A DNA stretch of 62,377 nt, filler included, from Nemertoderma westbladi (Eukaryota > Animalia > Xenacoelomorpha), in NCBI GenBank assembly GCA_032718475.1. It is 3 parts of 3 records of this genome, joined end to end, with 100 filler letters (N's around TTAATTAATTAA, not from the genome) between each part and the next. Parts side by side here need not be neighbours in the genome. Positions count along the whole stretch, not along the records: positions 50,925 to 62,377 come from JAUCBJ010006226.1; 2 more parts are not named here. One strand, written 5' to 3'. Positions 60,588-62,377 of this stretch are shown piece after piece; the first letter of the stretch is position 1, and each line of letters begins with the position of its first letter. The position numbers and the translations under genes are program-made. The notes under the pieces were generated by a model. That model was not told the origin of the DNA, searched no databases, and worked only from the letters and a program-made list of their open reading frames with translations.

Positions 60588-61491
60588 GAGGGGGGTAGCA
60601 CCCCCAAATTGAACCTCACATTTTATTGTCTCTGGACCATAAAATTGGGTGAAAATTATTTTTTCTGCTACTACACATCGTCTGGACTGTTTGAGAATAG
60701 CCAAACCAAATATTTTTAAAATTGGCCCAAAATGGCTCAGTAATGGTCAAAAGGGCCTTTTTGCGCCATGGGCTATTTCTCCACCAATATTTGTTGAAAT
60801 TTGTCGAAAATATTTAATATAGGTTCAGAAGAACCCCGCATCCAATTCTTCTTAACAAATTTTACCTCAAATGCTTTGGAGCCTTTTTAGAACAAAAAGG
60901 CCCCAAAAAGGGCTTTTTTGGGCCTTTTTGATATAAAAAGGCTCCAGGGCATTTCCAACCAAATTTGTTAAGAAGAAGTATGGAGAAAGGTATTCTTAAC
61001 AAGTGTACCAAATTTCAACTCATTTAAGTTAAAATTGGCGGAGAAATAGCCTTTTTCATGAAAAAACGTCATTCTGAGATATGGGTGTTTAAAGTTTAAG
61101 GAACAATTCAAACCTTCCGCTATTTTAGATAATACCAATTTTCTATGTTCGTCAATAACTTTGTCAAAAATAAATGAAATTCAACGAAATTTTTCATGCT
61201 TGCTAAACAGATAACTAGTAAAACAACGTTTTAGCAATTTTATTAATATCTGTACCGTGAGAGCCTTTTTTATGAAAAGGGCCCCGCACAATTGTAAAAT
61301 ATAGTGCTGCTCGAAGGCTTTACAAAAATCAGACTAGTTCTTACGTTTTGGGTAATAACTTGAGTTTGAAAAAAGATATGAGAAAACTGCTTGCAGATTT
61401 GAAATCTCCTTTAAATTTGGCACATGATAGAATAAAAAAACTTTTTTGTCAATTTCCAAAATAGGGGGGTGCTACCCCCCCCCCCCCCCCT
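60588..61491. mobile_element. TTAA-targeting MITE, copy 2
   Basis: TTAA|GAGGGGGGTAGCACCCCC...GGGGGGTGCTACCCCC..T|TTAA; homologous to 7255-8160. Confidence 0.9.
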
Positions 61492-61679
61492 TTAATGTAT
61501 TTTATATTAGTATATTTATATTATATATTATATATATTTTTTTTATTAGTGTTCTGGAACACAGATTTTTGTTATTGATTGATTACAGGTAATTTATATT
61601 AATTATTTTTATTTATTTTGATGCGGACAATTCTGACCCGCACAATTCCGATCCATGAATATTTCATTAGATCTTTGTA

Positions 61680-62377
61680 TGGGTCAGAATTGTCCGGCTC
61701 GGAATTGTCCGGTTCGAAATTGTCGGGTCGGAATTGTCCCGGACGGAATTGACCCGAACGTAATTGTCCCGGAACGAATTGTCCGGGTCGGAATTGTCCC
61801 GGACGGAATTGTCCCGGAAGAAATTGTCCCGGACGGAATTGTCCGGGTCGGAATTGTCCCGGACGGAATTGCCCGGGTCAGAATTATCCCGGAAGGAATT
61901 GTCCGGACCGGAATTGTCCGGGTCGGAATTGTCCGGGTCGGATTTGTCCGGACGGAATTGTCCGGGTTGGAATTGTCCCGGACGGAATTATCCGGGTCGG
62001 AATTGTCCCGGACGGAATTGTCCGTGTCGGAATTGTCCGGGTCGGAATTGTCCCGGACGGAATTGTCCGGGTCGGAATTGTCCCGGACGGAATTGTCCGG
62101 ATCGGAATTGTCCCGGACGGAATTATCCGGGTCGGAATTGTCCCGGGCGGAATTATCCGGGTCGGAATTGTCCGGGTCGGAATTGTCCCGGACGGAATTT
62201 TTCGGGTCAGAATTGTCCGGCTCGGAATTGTCCGGTTCGAAATTGTCGTGTCGGAATTGTCCCGGACGGAATTGTCCCGAACGTAATTGTCCCGGAACGA
62301 ATTGTCCGGGTCGGAATTGTCCCGGACGGAATTGTCCCGGAAGAAATTGTCCCGGACGGAATTGTCCGGGTCGGAAT
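61680..62377. repeat. 15-16 bp tandem array (CGGAATTGTCCGGGT / CGGAATTGTCCCGGA), probably the arm of a foldback-type element
   Basis: Directly visible. Inverted units occur at ~60390-60406 and 61624-61655. Confidence 0.93.

Overview
AT-rich, transposon-dense animal (probably invertebrate) genomic scaffold with two 100-nt gap linkers. Host genes: an intronless type II membrane fibrinogen-related protein (1551-2601, frameshift near the C-terminus), an orphan 366-aa predicted beta-rich ORF (34878-35978), and the first three exons of an NCoR/SMRT corepressor (51092-59723) whose ~3.8-kb first exon contains a (GLRVDQS/A)n expansion. Between these genes are nested mobile elements. A decayed BEL/Pao retrotransposon (5258-17030) is split by at least five insertions, including a young 4.1-kb Ty3/Gypsy-type LTR element. 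That element has 265-bp LTRs, a TCTAC TSD, a -1 frameshift signal, a DIRS-like RNase H and a deleted RT core, and it lacks both a canonical PBS and a PPT. Also present: two long-TIR Academ derivatives (one holding a palindromic hAT element and a LINE), two CRE-like RLE retrotransposons (the longer one followed by an F-type lectin fragment and an A-tail), RTE-like and APE-RT LINE remnants, tRNA-derived SINEs, MITEs and minisatellites. The best candidates for something new are the unusual priming architecture of the LTR element and the CRE-lectin junction. All calls come from reading the sequence by eye; no database searches were run.
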